DNA of 64,000 nt, taken from sequence record OZ335963.1, one strand, 5' to 3'. A program made the position numbers and the translations under genes. Under the pieces are notes generated by a model, which was not told where the DNA came from, searched no databases, and worked only from the letters and a program-made list of their open reading frames with translations. How positions within the stretch are numbered: position 1 is the stretch's first letter; each line of letters opens with the position of its first letter. This DNA comes from a phage. Below are positions 37,254 to 45,894 of this stretch, piece by piece.

Positions 37254-37817
37254 TTATTTACCTAGTTTAGTTATTATAGCTTCGGCAGCAGCTTTTAGCT
37301 TAGATGCGGTGTTAATACGATTTTTAATTTCAGTATACGCATCGCCAAGAACATCAAGGCTATCAGAATAAACACTTACACTATTGCGTTCGCTATTTGA
37401 AATAGAACCTTTAGTTTTACGATCAAAATCGGTGTACACGTCTTGAAGATCACGGGCTGCCTTCTTTGCATCATCCAATGCGTCAAGAGCTTTATTTAAA
37501 GCATTAACATATTTTTTAGTGTCAAACATATTCTTAGAAATTTTAACAGGTGCACGTTCAGGAGTAGCTAATGCAGATTTAGGAACCTGAGCGCCAGATG
37601 CCAGTTTCTTAGAAATTTTGAAAAATGCTTTATTGAATTTATTTTCTTGACTCATCGTAAAAGAACTATTATCGATGTTATACATTTCAATAGCTTTAGC
37701 TTTCCACTTAAGAAAATCGCCGCGGTCTTTTGGGTCTAATTGGAAGAATACTTTAGTAAGATCTGCTTCAGATGGTAATTTTGCTGCTTCGGTTAAAAAT
37801 TCGGCATAGGTTTTCAT
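37254..37817 (-). CDS. Candidate internal (head-packaged) protein with capsid-targeting leader, 187 aa
   Basis: N-terminus MKTYAEFLTEAAK matches the ipII/ipIII leader MKTY.EF..EA; Lys/Ala-rich like ipIII. Confidence 0.55.
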   Translation of the reverse strand: MKTYAEFLTEAAKLPSEADLTKVFFQLDPKDRGDFLKWKAKAIEMYNIDNSSFTMSQENKFNKAFFKISKKLASGAQVPKSALATPERAPVKISKNMFDTKKYVNALNKALDALDDAKKAARDLQDVYTDFDRKTKGSISNSERNSVSVYSDSLDVLGDAYTEIKNRINTASKLKAAAEAIITKLGK

Positions 37818-37904
37818 TTAAAATCCTTGAAATAATTTATCGGTTGGTTATTAATTATTTATTACTTTGTTATTATCCGTAACAGCATTCTATATGTGAT
37901 TCAA

Positions 37905-37934
37905 ACTAAAAAGCCCCAACCTTTTGGTCGGGGC
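37905..37934 (-). terminator. Rho-independent terminator (copy 1 of a repeated hairpin)
   Basis: Minus strand GCCCCGACC-AAAA-GGTTGGGGC followed by TTTTTAG; near-identical to 38465-38493. Confidence 0.6.
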
Positions 37935-37942
37935 TAAGAATG

Positions 37943-38416
37943 TTATTTGATTTGTTTAGCAGACCAAATGCGGTCTTTAATAATTTTTTGGATGTCTTCA
38001 ACATACTCAAGAGAGTGAACATGTGGATTATCTTTGAAACTATAAGCACGGGCTAACTTTTGGCCTTCGGTTTTGATTACTAAAAGCTCTTTAAGGATAG
38101 CTTCATATTTAGCAATAATTCCTTTAACGATATTTTTTTCTTGTGCCGCTTTAGGATCTGCTTTAGGAGCAGGTTTACCCGAAGCCTTTGCAAAAGCAGC
38201 GCCAGTAGCAACTAGACTTTTCCAGGCCATACTAACTGCATTTCCCGTAAATCCTTCTGCTTTCATGTCGCGAGCAAATTGGAATCGTGATTCGTCAGAA
38301 GCATCTTTATAGGAATATTTACCCGCTGCAATGGCTGCTTTTGCGACAGCTTGAATTTCGGTGCTAGATGCTTCATTTAACACCGCTTCATTTAAAAATT
38401 GAGCATATGATTTCAT
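37943..38416 (-). CDS. Candidate internal (head-packaged) protein with capsid-targeting leader, 157 aa
   Basis: N-terminus MKSYAQFLNEAVL; flanked by repeated terminators; preceded by a TATAAATA late-promoter motif. Confidence 0.55.
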   Translation of the reverse strand: MKSYAQFLNEAVLNEASSTEIQAVAKAAIAAGKYSYKDASDESRFQFARDMKAEGFTGNAVSMAWKSLVATGAAFAKASGKPAPKADPKAAQEKNIVKGIIAKYEAILKELLVIKTEGQKLARAYSFKDNPHVHSLEYVEDIQKIIKDRIWSAKQIK

Positions 38417-38456
38417 CTTATTTCCTGTTTTAATTCGTGGATTTAATATACTACTG

Positions 38457-38464
38457 TATTTATA
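38457..38464 (-). promoter_or_regulatory. Late promoter motif TATAAATA upstream of ORF 37943-38416
   Basis: Plus tatttata equals minus TATAAATA, about 40 nt upstream of the ATG. Confidence 0.45.
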
Positions 38465-38493
38465 CTAAAAAGCCCCAACCTTTCGGTCGGGGC
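38465..38493 (-). terminator. Rho-independent terminator ending the tRNA/stable-RNA operon (copy 2)
   Basis: Minus strand GCCCCGACC-GAAA-GGTTGGGGC followed by TTTTTAG. Confidence 0.6.
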
Positions 38494-38497
38494 TAAG

Positions 38498-38810
38498 CCT
38501 TGCGGCAACCTTGTCGGGGTTCCACCTGCTAAGGCAAGTGTTTGTACGAAACGCCGGGATTTGAACCCGGTTATTAAGTAGTTGACGCTACTCAATATTT
38601 TTAAAAGGCCATATCTCGACCATATCCGAACGTTCCGTCAAAAACGCTACTCGGCTTACGGCAAAGATATTTCCTCGAATCGATAATTCTGTGCGCCGTT
38701 TCAGCTGTGATGTAAGGGGGCATTAACAGATCGTAAAGATTTGTTAATGCCAGTCCTTACCCAGGGAACATCAGTCCGACGACTTACCGGTAGCGACCCG
38801 GTTTCTTGTT
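38498..38810 (-). ncRNA. Candidate stable RNA region downstream of tRNA-Arg (T4 species 1/2 RNA-like)
   Basis: No ORF; several strong hairpins (GGCATTAACA...TGTTAATGCC) and a tRNA-like T-arm CCGGGTTCAAATCCCGG; exact ends not determined. Confidence 0.3.
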
Positions 38811-38886
38811 TGGTCGAGGCAGTAGGGATCGAACCTACGACCTAGGACTTAGAAGGTCCTTGCTCTTCCTTCTGAGCTATGCCTCG
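38811..38886 (-). tRNA. tRNA-Arg (anticodon UCU)
   Basis: Hand-folded cloverleaf; anticodon loop CTTCTAA; T-loop GGTTCGATC; CCA encoded. Confidence 0.85.
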
Positions 38887-38890
38887 TATT

Positions 38891-38965
38891 TGGCGGACAT
38901 GCATGGATTCGAACCATGGACCAATTGATTAACAGTCAACTGCTCTACCACTGAGCTACACATCC
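38891..38965 (-). tRNA. tRNA-Asn (anticodon GUU)
   Basis: Hand-folded cloverleaf GGATGTG...; anticodon loop CTGTTAA; T-loop GGTTCGAATCC; CCA encoded. Confidence 0.7.
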
Positions 38966-38969
38966 AAAT

Positions 38970-39056
38970 TGGTGGGGAGTGATGGAGTCGAACCACCCGA
39001 GTCGCAATGACAATGGATTTACAGTCCACACCGCTACCTCTACGGGATAACTCCCC
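38970..39056 (-). tRNA. tRNA-Tyr (anticodon GUA), long variable arm
   Basis: Anticodon loop CTGTAAA; long variable arm as in bacterial tRNA-Tyr; CCA encoded; D-arm is atypical. Confidence 0.55.
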
Positions 39057-39069
39057 TTAATTCTTAATT

Positions 39070-39144
39070 TGGTGGCCCTGGGTGGAATTGAACCACCATC
39101 TGGCGATTATGAGTCGCTTGCTTGAACCTTCCAGCTACAGGGCC
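39070..39144 (-). tRNA. tRNA-Ile (anticodon CAU; Met/Ile not distinguishable from sequence)
   Basis: Anticodon loop CTCATAA; Ile assigned by analogy with T4 tRNA-Ile. Confidence 0.75.
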
Positions 39145-39145
39145 T

Positions 39146-39221
39146 TGGTGCTGATTGACGGAATCGAACCGCCGACATCCTCATTACAAGTGAGGTGCTC
39201 TACCTACTGAGCTAAATCAGC
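39146..39221 (-). tRNA. tRNA-Thr (anticodon UGU)
   Basis: Cloverleaf GCTGATT...; anticodon loop CTTGTAA; CCA encoded. Confidence 0.85.
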
Positions 39222-39226
39222 AAAAC

Positions 39227-39316
39227 TGGCGGAGGCGATAGGATTTGAACCTATGAGTCGCCGGAGCGACTGCCGGTTTTCAAGACCGGTGCATTAAACC
39301 ACTCTGCCACGCCTCC
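39227..39316 (-). tRNA. tRNA-Ser (anticodon UGA), long variable arm
   Basis: Cloverleaf GGAGGCG...; anticodon loop CTTGAAA; CCA encoded. Confidence 0.85.
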
Positions 39317-39318
39317 AG

Positions 39319-39392
39319 TCTCCGCGGCAGGATTTGAACCTGCGACATTCTGCTCCCAAAGCAGACGCTCTACCAAACTGAGCTACACGGAG
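39319..39392 (-). tRNA. tRNA-Pro (anticodon UGG), CCA not encoded
   Basis: Cloverleaf CTCCGTG...; anticodon loop TTTGGGA; abuts tRNA-Ser as in the T4 Pro-Ser dimeric precursor. Confidence 0.85.
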
Positions 39393-39402
39393 TAAATTAA
39401 AT

Positions 39403-39476
<74 letters not shown>

Positions 39477-39481
39477 AAATT

Positions 39482-39568
39482 TGGTGCGAGAAGTGGGACT
39501 CGAACCCACAAGGAAATCATTCCGCAGCATTTTAAGTGCTGTGCCTTTACCAATTTGACCATTCTCGC
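39482..39568 (-). tRNA. tRNA-Leu (anticodon UAA), long variable arm
   Basis: Cloverleaf GCGAGAA...; anticodon loop CTTAAAA. Confidence 0.85.
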
Positions 39569-39569
39569 G

Positions 39570-39642
39570 CTGGGAATAAAGGACTCGAACCTTTGCATCT
39601 AGCAGTCAAAGTGCTATGCCTTACCAACTTGGCTAATTCCCA
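39570..39642 (-). tRNA. tRNA-Gln (anticodon UUG), CCA not encoded
   Basis: Cloverleaf TGGGAAT...; anticodon loop CTTTGAC; first tRNA of the cluster. Confidence 0.85.
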
Positions 39643-39728
39643 ATTATTAACAAAGGCTCTCAAACAAGAACCCTTGATGATAGAGGGTATTAATCAGTGC
39701 GATATGAGTTAATAATAACAAATAATTC

Positions 39729-40244
39729 TTAAAGCAAATTAAACATTTTAACGGTCGGTAAAACAATTTCTTCTTCGATATAAGCAAATTCTACATGTTC
39801 AACTACACGCAAGAAATCATATTCGCAGTATTCAGAAGCATGACCAAGAATATCAATGAGGCCTTCAGATATCTTATTACCATTCACAAAGAATAAGTCA
39901 AATACGCGTTCTTCATCTTCTTCGGATTTATTACCAAGGTCAACTTCTATATCAAAGACCTTTTTAATGAATTCTGGATAAAGTTGGTCTGAGAACAGTC
40001 CTTCAACCAAATATTCATATATAAAAAGCTCTTGCTCGCTGAATAAACCATTGCCGCAATAACGGTCAGCTTTGGTGCTAGAATGACGGCTCTTAAACTT
40101 CTTCAAAAGATATTTAAATTGTTGGAGCTCATGCTCTTCTACGCCAAACAGTGTTTTAGTTTTATAGTTGTCACCATCATTTTCATAGGTAGTGACATCA
40201 ATTACGTAACCCTTAGGAATTGTGCTGCCTAAACGAATATACAT
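39729..40244 (-). CDS. Hypothetical acidic protein, 171 aa
   Basis: ORF between the tRNA cluster and ipI. Confidence 0.5.
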   Translation of the reverse strand: MYIRLGSTIPKGYVIDVTTYENDGDNYKTKTLFGVEEHELQQFKYLLKKFKSRHSSTKADRYCGNGLFSEQELFIYEYLVEGLFSDQLYPEFIKKVFDIEVDLGNKSEEDEERVFDLFFVNGNKISEGLIDILGHASEYCEYDFLRVVEHVEFAYIEEEIVLPTVKMFNLL

Positions 40245-40540
40245 TTGCTCACCATATTAATGTAAGTATATTTAATACATTCAAGACCCAAAGGATTCTT
40301 GAAAATATCATATTCAAGAGGACCTTTTTCTGTTTCAATAAAGAAATCAAAATTTACTGTATTAAATTTACGGTCTTCCTTTACTAATTTAACCTGTGAA
40401 GACGAACGGTCAATGTAAACCTTTTCAACTTCAAAACACGTTAAAATGTCATAATCATCAATCAAGGCTTTAGCTGCTTCTTGATCATATTTATATCCAT
40501 TTTCAATGGATGATACTTTCGCATAAAGAATCATTATCAA
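40229..40540 (-). CDS. Hypothetical protein, 103 aa
   Basis: ORF. Confidence 0.45.
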   Translation of the reverse strand: MIMILYAKVSSIENGYKYDQEAAKALIDDYDILTCFEVEKVYIDRSSSQVKLVKEDRKFNTVNFDFFIETEKGPLEYDIFKNPLGLECIKYTYINMVSKCIFV

Positions 40541-40956
40541 CCTTCATCAATAATAGTATGCGTATTGGCATTTACAATTTGCCACCAATCAAAGCGATTG
40601 GAACCATACATCGGTTTGTTTTCATTTTCTTTGATGATGTCACGGAGTTCATCTTCAGTGGCGGCTTTCGCGATTAAATCAGCATATCCACCACGAGGAT
40701 AATAATTATCACCTGCAAAAAGTAAAAAGTTTGGTTTAATGTTATTGAACTCTTCAAGAGTAATAACTTTTCCTGACGGTTGAACAATCTCTACATATTT
40801 ATATCCCAATTTTTGAGCCGCATCTACTGCTTCAAGCAAAGTATCATGAGCCCATCCAATTTGACAACCTGGCTTTTCAGATGGATTAGCCTGATAATCC
40901 GCATACACTTTATACATTCTATTCACCTTTAGAAATTTTATCCATAACAATAGCAA
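40537..40956 (-). CDS. Hypothetical protein, 126-139 aa
   Basis: ORF; probable start at the internal MYKVYADY. Confidence 0.5.
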   Translation of the reverse strand: MLLLWIKFLKVNRMYKVYADYQANPSEKPGCQIGWAHDTLLEAVDAAQKLGYKYVEIVQPSGKVITLEEFNNIKPNFLLFAGDNYYPRGGYADLIAKAATEDELRDIIKENENKPMYGSNRFDWWQIVNANTHTIIDEG

Positions 40957-41104
40957 TTAAACCAATTAAAAATGCTACTACAAGTGAAAACACATTTTCT
41001 GCTGTAGTCAATAATCCGCATATAAATCCAACAAACATTGAAAAACTAAAAGCGGAAGCAGAAATTGCAATAGCAACATTTCGAATTAATTCACAACGTT
41101 TCAT
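40919..41104 (-). CDS. Small membrane protein, 61 aa
   Basis: Two hydrophobic helices; follows a promoter and a GAGGAG RBS. Confidence 0.5.
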   Translation of the reverse strand: MKRCELIRNVAIAISASAFSFSMFVGFICGLLTTAENVFSLVVAFLIGLIAIVMDKISKGE

Positions 41105-41133
41105 TTTATTCTCCTCGGTAGTTGATAGGGTAA

Positions 41134-41162
41134 TAGTATCACAACTAAAACCCTATGTAAAC
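41134..41162 (-). promoter_or_regulatory. Early promoter
   Basis: Minus strand GTTTACA, 17 nt, TGATACTAT. Confidence 0.45.
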
Positions 41163-41180
41163 AACTTTGTGAAATATTTA

Positions 41181-41468
41181 TTACAAAAGATTTTTAGCAA
41201 TAATCTTGAGATGTGCCGCAGAAATGTGTTTAGCTTTAAACAACGCAGTTTCTTCAGCAGGAGAGATAATGATTGTAGCACCATCCTTTTTAGCAGACCA
41301 CCCATCACCTAGGTAAACAGTACCTTTGATTTCTTCGCCATCAACCAGACTAATCATTGGTTTACCTTCTCGTCCTTTATTTGCTTTAATAACTTCAGAA
41401 GTAAGAGTAGCTTCGGTAATAGTAGAAACTGGGGTAGTTGTAGAAGTAAATTCTTTAAATGTTTTCAT
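41181..41468 (-). CDS. ipI: Internal protein I (injected anti-restriction protein)
   Basis: 95 aa; leader MKTFKEFTSTTTPVSTITE (19 aa); matches the T4 IPI precursor length. Confidence 0.8.
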   Translation of the reverse strand: MKTFKEFTSTTTPVSTITEATLTSEVIKANKGREGKPMISLVDGEEIKGTVYLGDGWSAKKDGATIIISPAEETALFKAKHISAAHLKIIAKNLL

Positions 41469-41489
41469 TTTATTTTCCTAATTAATTTT

Positions 41490-41528
41490 GATGAGATAAT
41501 GGTATCACAACTAAAACCCTGTGTAAAC
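41490..41528 (-). promoter_or_regulatory. Early promoter upstream of ipI
   Basis: Minus strand GTTTACA, spacer, TACCAT; region near-identical to 41829-41858. Confidence 0.4.
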
Positions 41529-41540
41529 AGCTTTGTGAAA

Positions 41541-41798
41541 TTATTTTAAATCTTCTAATCGTTTCTTCATCTTAGAACCGTTCTTAGCGATTTCGCCTGC
41601 ATCAGAGCATAATGCTAAAAGAGCTTTAACTTTAGTTTGGTCTCCTTTAAAAGATGAAGGATCGACTGCAGCAGCAAGTTCTTTAATACGAGAGAAAAGA
41701 CGCTCAGCTTCAGCTAAAGCCATTCCAAGCTTTACTTCCATACCGTGGGAAGATTCAGTAATAGTAGTTTTTGTAGCAAACTCTTTGAAAGTTTTCAT
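41541..41798 (-). CDS. Candidate additional internal protein with capsid-targeting leader, 85 aa
   Basis: N-terminus MKTFKEFATKTTITE parallels the ipI leader; own duplicated promoter and RBS region. Confidence 0.55.
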   Translation of the reverse strand: MKTFKEFATKTTITESSHGMEVKLGMALAEAERLFSRIKELAAAVDPSSFKGDQTKVKALLALCSDAGEIAKNGSKMKKRLEDLK

Positions 41799-41828
41799 TT
41801 TATTTTCCTAATTAATTTTGATGAGATA

Positions 41829-41858
41829 ATAGTATCACTACCTCATCAGCATGTAAAC
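41829..41858 (-). promoter_or_regulatory. Early promoter upstream of the 85-aa IP-like gene
   Basis: Minus strand GTTTACA, spacer, TACTAT. Confidence 0.4.
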
Positions 41859-41870
41859 AACTTTGTGAAA

Positions 41871-42567
<697 letters not shown>

Positions 42568-42568
<1 letters not shown>

Positions 42569-43293
42569 TATAGTACCTTTAGTGTATTTTTAATTTTAGA
42601 AAAAAGTTCTTCAAGAGAACCATCGTTTGTAATTACTAAATCGCCATCACGAATTGGCAATCCAGCTTCTGTAATATGAGTATCATTGGATTTTTGACCA
42701 GGACGAACTACATGAATTACTGTAGCACCCATCGCCCTAGCCGCATCCATTTCATGATCTTGACGAGTATCAGGAACGATATAATAATCATAGCCTGAGT
42801 TAAATTTATCAAGATAATCTAAAGCAAATAATTTTACCCAATACATGCGGTCGAAGTTATTAACAATCAAATCCGTACCTAGGGCTTGCATCAGACGACG
42901 GACTGACCATTGATCTTCAATATTATTTATAACATCAGCAATCTTGTTAAATGCTACGAAAGTAACTGATTCTTTTCCTTCGTCATCAAAAACAAACACG
43001 CCTTTAATTGGGCTTTTACTATTAAGATAGCAAAATGCTTGTTCCATAATCGTAATTACTTCTAATTTAGTCAGATTTAAATTAGTCTCACGATCATAGT
43101 CAATTCCTTCAAACTCTTTACGAGTTAAGCAAGGATAGTCAGTGTTTGCAGCAAACACGCCCCATGCATAAGCCAATGCATCTTTAATAGGACCAGCAAG
43201 TTGATATTTAGCTGCAGAATAATTATTCATGATAAAATCTGCAGTAGTATCTTTTCCACTACGCTTTACACCACTTAAAAAGATTAGTTTCAT
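42568..43293 (-). CDS. 1: Deoxynucleoside monophosphate kinase gp1
   Basis: 241 aa; P-loop GVKRSGKDT; T4 gp1 is 241 aa. Confidence 0.92.
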
Positions 43294-43342
43294 ATGTTTC
43301 TCCTCAAATTTAGTTAAGATTATAACACATGAAACTGAAGCA

Positions 43343-43873
43343 TTAAACTTCTGCTATAATTTTACCATCTTTTTCTACTTGAAAATACGTATAAGGAATC
43401 GTTGCTGTACATACTAAAGCTGGATCTGAATCTTCTGTGTAGCTAAATTCTACTTCAGACAGGTCAGAAACCCAGGGCTTATAAAAATTTATTGACATCA
43501 CGATTTCAGTTTTACTATTATCTAAAATGTAAAGCGTAATGTATTCAGGACCTGTTTTTTGGGCAGTATTTTCACCTGTAAGATAGTTACTAGTTCCTAG
43601 CATCCATTCATACATTCCTATCCACGACTTAAGCTCTTCATCAACTATAAATCTCACGATGAGTGGATCGTACTCAAATGTAACTCCTGGACGCTGTGCT
43701 CGGCCTAGTCCAAACGGCCCAGTCACGGTATCAGTAACAGGTATTCTAATTCCTGGAATAGGAACTGACTGAGCATTTAAAGTAAAAGCAGATGTAGTAT
43801 TACTATGCGGTATTGATACTACAAAGTTAGTTGTATTTGCTTGGTTAAAAATTTGTTGCAGAGCTTGTGACAT
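43343..43873 (-). CDS. 3: Tail tube terminator / sheath stabiliser gp3
   Basis: 176 aa from MSQALQQIFNQ...; the track ORF (to 43954) carries a 27-codon 5' extension. Confidence 0.85.
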   Translation of the reverse strand: MSQALQQIFNQANTTNFVVSIPHSNTTSAFTLNAQSVPIPGIRIPVTDTVTGPFGLGRAQRPGVTFEYDPLIVRFIVDEELKSWIGMYEWMLGTSNYLTGENTAQKTGPEYITLYILDNSKTEIVMSINFYKPWVSDLSEVEFSYTEDSDPALVCTATIPYTYFQVEKDGKIIAEV

Positions 43874-43979
43874 ATATTCCTCATAATGCTTTATAAATGT
43901 TGGTGGTATAATGGGTCTAAGTCCCTTCCATTCAATTCCAATTAGAACAAACAATAGAAAAGAATGGAAGATAATAGAA

Positions 43980-44804
43980 TTAGATATTTGACCAGACTTT
44001 GTTTGCAGAGAAACGTTTTCCTTTTGAAACGAACTGCTGAAGTGGCATTAACACAACGTTCGCCCAGTCTTTCGGGGCGATTTCAACAAGGCTACCCATA
44101 ATATTACCAGGTATATATGCCTTAATCATTTGGTCTGCACCCCTAAATCCTTTCACTTGACTCCAATCAATTTTTAATTTTGTTTTATTAGTAATAGTAG
44201 GTGTATTTGAATATTGCTTTAAAAGCTCTTCTAGAAATTGCTGACGAGCTTTAGGTGGAATATAGTGCAAGTTCAATCCGTACATTAAATTATGTTTACC
44301 TAAACCAAGATAAATTATCAAAGGAAATTTATCCCAGTAAGGAAGAGTTTCCTTGTGTTTAGCATCATAAGCAAAAGCATATATTCGTCCCGGCTGCGGG
44401 CGAACAACTTTATGTCCTTTTACTTGCTTAATAGTTTCAGCAAACCACTTTCTGGTTTTATTATTAATTGCTGCGCCTTCATTACGAATTTTATCACGCA
44501 ATGTTTGCCTGAATGAATTTATCATAAGCAGTTGTCTTTCTTGCTTATTGAGTTTATTCATTGGTTTTGATTCAAGCTTTTGAATCTTTTCAGCTGTTTT
44601 AATTCCTGAAGCATATTTTGACATTGCCGAAGTAAACGTAGAGTATTTGATTCCTCTTTCTTCAGCAAATTGCTTTCCTGTCATTCCTTTTGCTTTGGCC
44701 TTTCTGTATTCAAGACCTATCTGAATCCATTTCTTTTCGTTTAATGATTGCTTAACCTTTGGAACTTGGGGAGTGCTTTCATTAATTATTTGAAAAATAG
44801 CCAT
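43980..44804 (-). CDS. 2: DNA end-protector protein gp2
   Basis: 274 aa; position and length match T4 gp2. Confidence 0.88.
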   Translation of the reverse strand: MAIFQIINESTPQVPKVKQSLNEKKWIQIGLEYRKAKAKGMTGKQFAEERGIKYSTFTSAMSKYASGIKTAEKIQKLESKPMNKLNKQERQLLMINSFRQTLRDKIRNEGAAINNKTRKWFAETIKQVKGHKVVRPQPGRIYAFAYDAKHKETLPYWDKFPLIIYLGLGKHNLMYGLNLHYIPPKARQQFLEELLKQYSNTPTITNKTKLKIDWSQVKGFRGADQMIKAYIPGNIMGSLVEIAPKDWANVVLMPLQQFVSKGKRFSANKVWSNI

Positions 44805-45256
44805 TATGCCCCCTTAAAGCCAAGAGCTCGTAATCCATCTTCTGTTAGAATTCTAAATTTTATTCCACGCTTTTCAGCTAAAGCTTGTGCTGCTTTCCAT
44901 TTGTCAGTATTAACGGAATATGTATAAATTTCATTCATAAATCTTTTCTTCGCTGCAGTTGTTAGATGTGACGGTTTAACTGGTGGTTGTGTTTCTTTTT
45001 TAGGTTTTATTTCAATAAAAAATTCTTGTCCAGAAGAATCTTTCATCCAAATATCCATGAAGTATCTACGTTTTTTCCCTTCTGCATTACAAAAATAAGG
45101 AATTACTGCTGTTTCACTACCCCATGCAATAATTTCTGGATTTTTATCTAACCATTCAAAAAAGAATTTTTCCCAATTTGATCTATACGTAATTTTTTTA
45201 GGGTCACCTCTATATTTTGATATATTTTTAGGAACCCATTTTCCAGAATATGCCAT
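44804..45256 (-). CDS. 4: Head completion protein gp4
   Basis: 150 aa; position and length match T4 gp4. Confidence 0.88.
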   Translation of the reverse strand: MAYSGKWVPKNISKYRGDPKKITYRSNWEKFFFEWLDKNPEIIAWGSETAVIPYFCNAEGKKRRYFMDIWMKDSSGQEFFIEIKPKKETQPPVKPSHLTTAAKKRFMNEIYTYSVNTDKWKAAQALAEKRGIKFRILTEDGLRALGFKGA

Positions 45257-45267
45257 TGGATTCTCCT

Positions 45268-45275
45268 TATAAATA
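45268..45275 (+). promoter_or_regulatory. Late promoter TATAAATA for gene 53
   Basis: Plus tataaata about 29 nt upstream of the gene 53 ATG, with AGGAGG RBS. Confidence 0.55.
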
Positions 45276-45282
45276 GATAATA

Positions 45283-45290
45283 TATTTATA
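45283..45290 (-). promoter_or_regulatory. Late promoter TATAAATA for gene 4
   Basis: Plus tatttata; followed on the minus strand by an AAGGAG RBS and the gene 4 ATG. Confidence 0.5.
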
Positions 45291-45303
45291 AACAGGAGGG
45301 CCC

Positions 45304-45894
45304 ATGCTCTTTACATTTTTTGATCCGATTGAATATGCGGCCAAAACGGTGAATAAAAACGCGCCGACTATTCCTATGACAGATATTTTTAGAAACTATA
45401 AAGACTATTTCAAACGTGCTCTTGCAGGATACCGCTTACGCACTTATTATATTAAAGGTTCACCACGCCCGGAAGAATTAGCAAATGCTATATATGGAAA
45501 TCCGCAGTTGTATTGGGTTTTATTGATGTGTAATGATAATTATGATCCGTATTATGGATGGATTACTTCGCAAGAAGCTGCTTATCAAGCATCTATACAA
45601 AAATACAAAAACGTAGGTGGAGACCAAATAGTATATCATGTGAATGAGAACGGTGAAAAATTTTATAATTTAATATCATACGATGATAATCCATATGTTT
45701 GGTATGACAAAGGTGATAAAGCTAGAAAATATCCTCAATATGAAGGAGCACTTGCCGCGGTCGATACGTATGAAGCTGCTGTTCTTGAAAATGAAAAACT
45801 TCGTCAAATAAAAATAATAGCAAAATCAGACATCAATTCATTTATGAACGACCTTATACGTATAATGGAGAAATCTTATGGAAATGATAAGTAA
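45304..45894 (+). CDS. 53: Baseplate wedge protein gp53
   Basis: 196 aa; position and length match T4 gp53. Confidence 0.9.
   Translation: MLFTFFDPIEYAAKTVNKNAPTIPMTDIFRNYKDYFKRALAGYRLRTYYIKGSPRPEELANAIYGNPQLYWVLLMCNDNYDPYYGWITSQEAAYQASIQKYKNVGGDQIVYHVNENGEKFYNLISYDDNPYVWYDKGDKARKYPQYEGALAAVDTYEAAVLENEKLRQIKIIAKSDINSFMNDLIRIMEKSYGNDK

Noticed and set aside
43343-43954. 203-aa extended form of gp3
   Set aside because: T4 gp3 is 176 aa and begins MSQALQQIF; the upstream 27 codons cover the RBS and promoter region.
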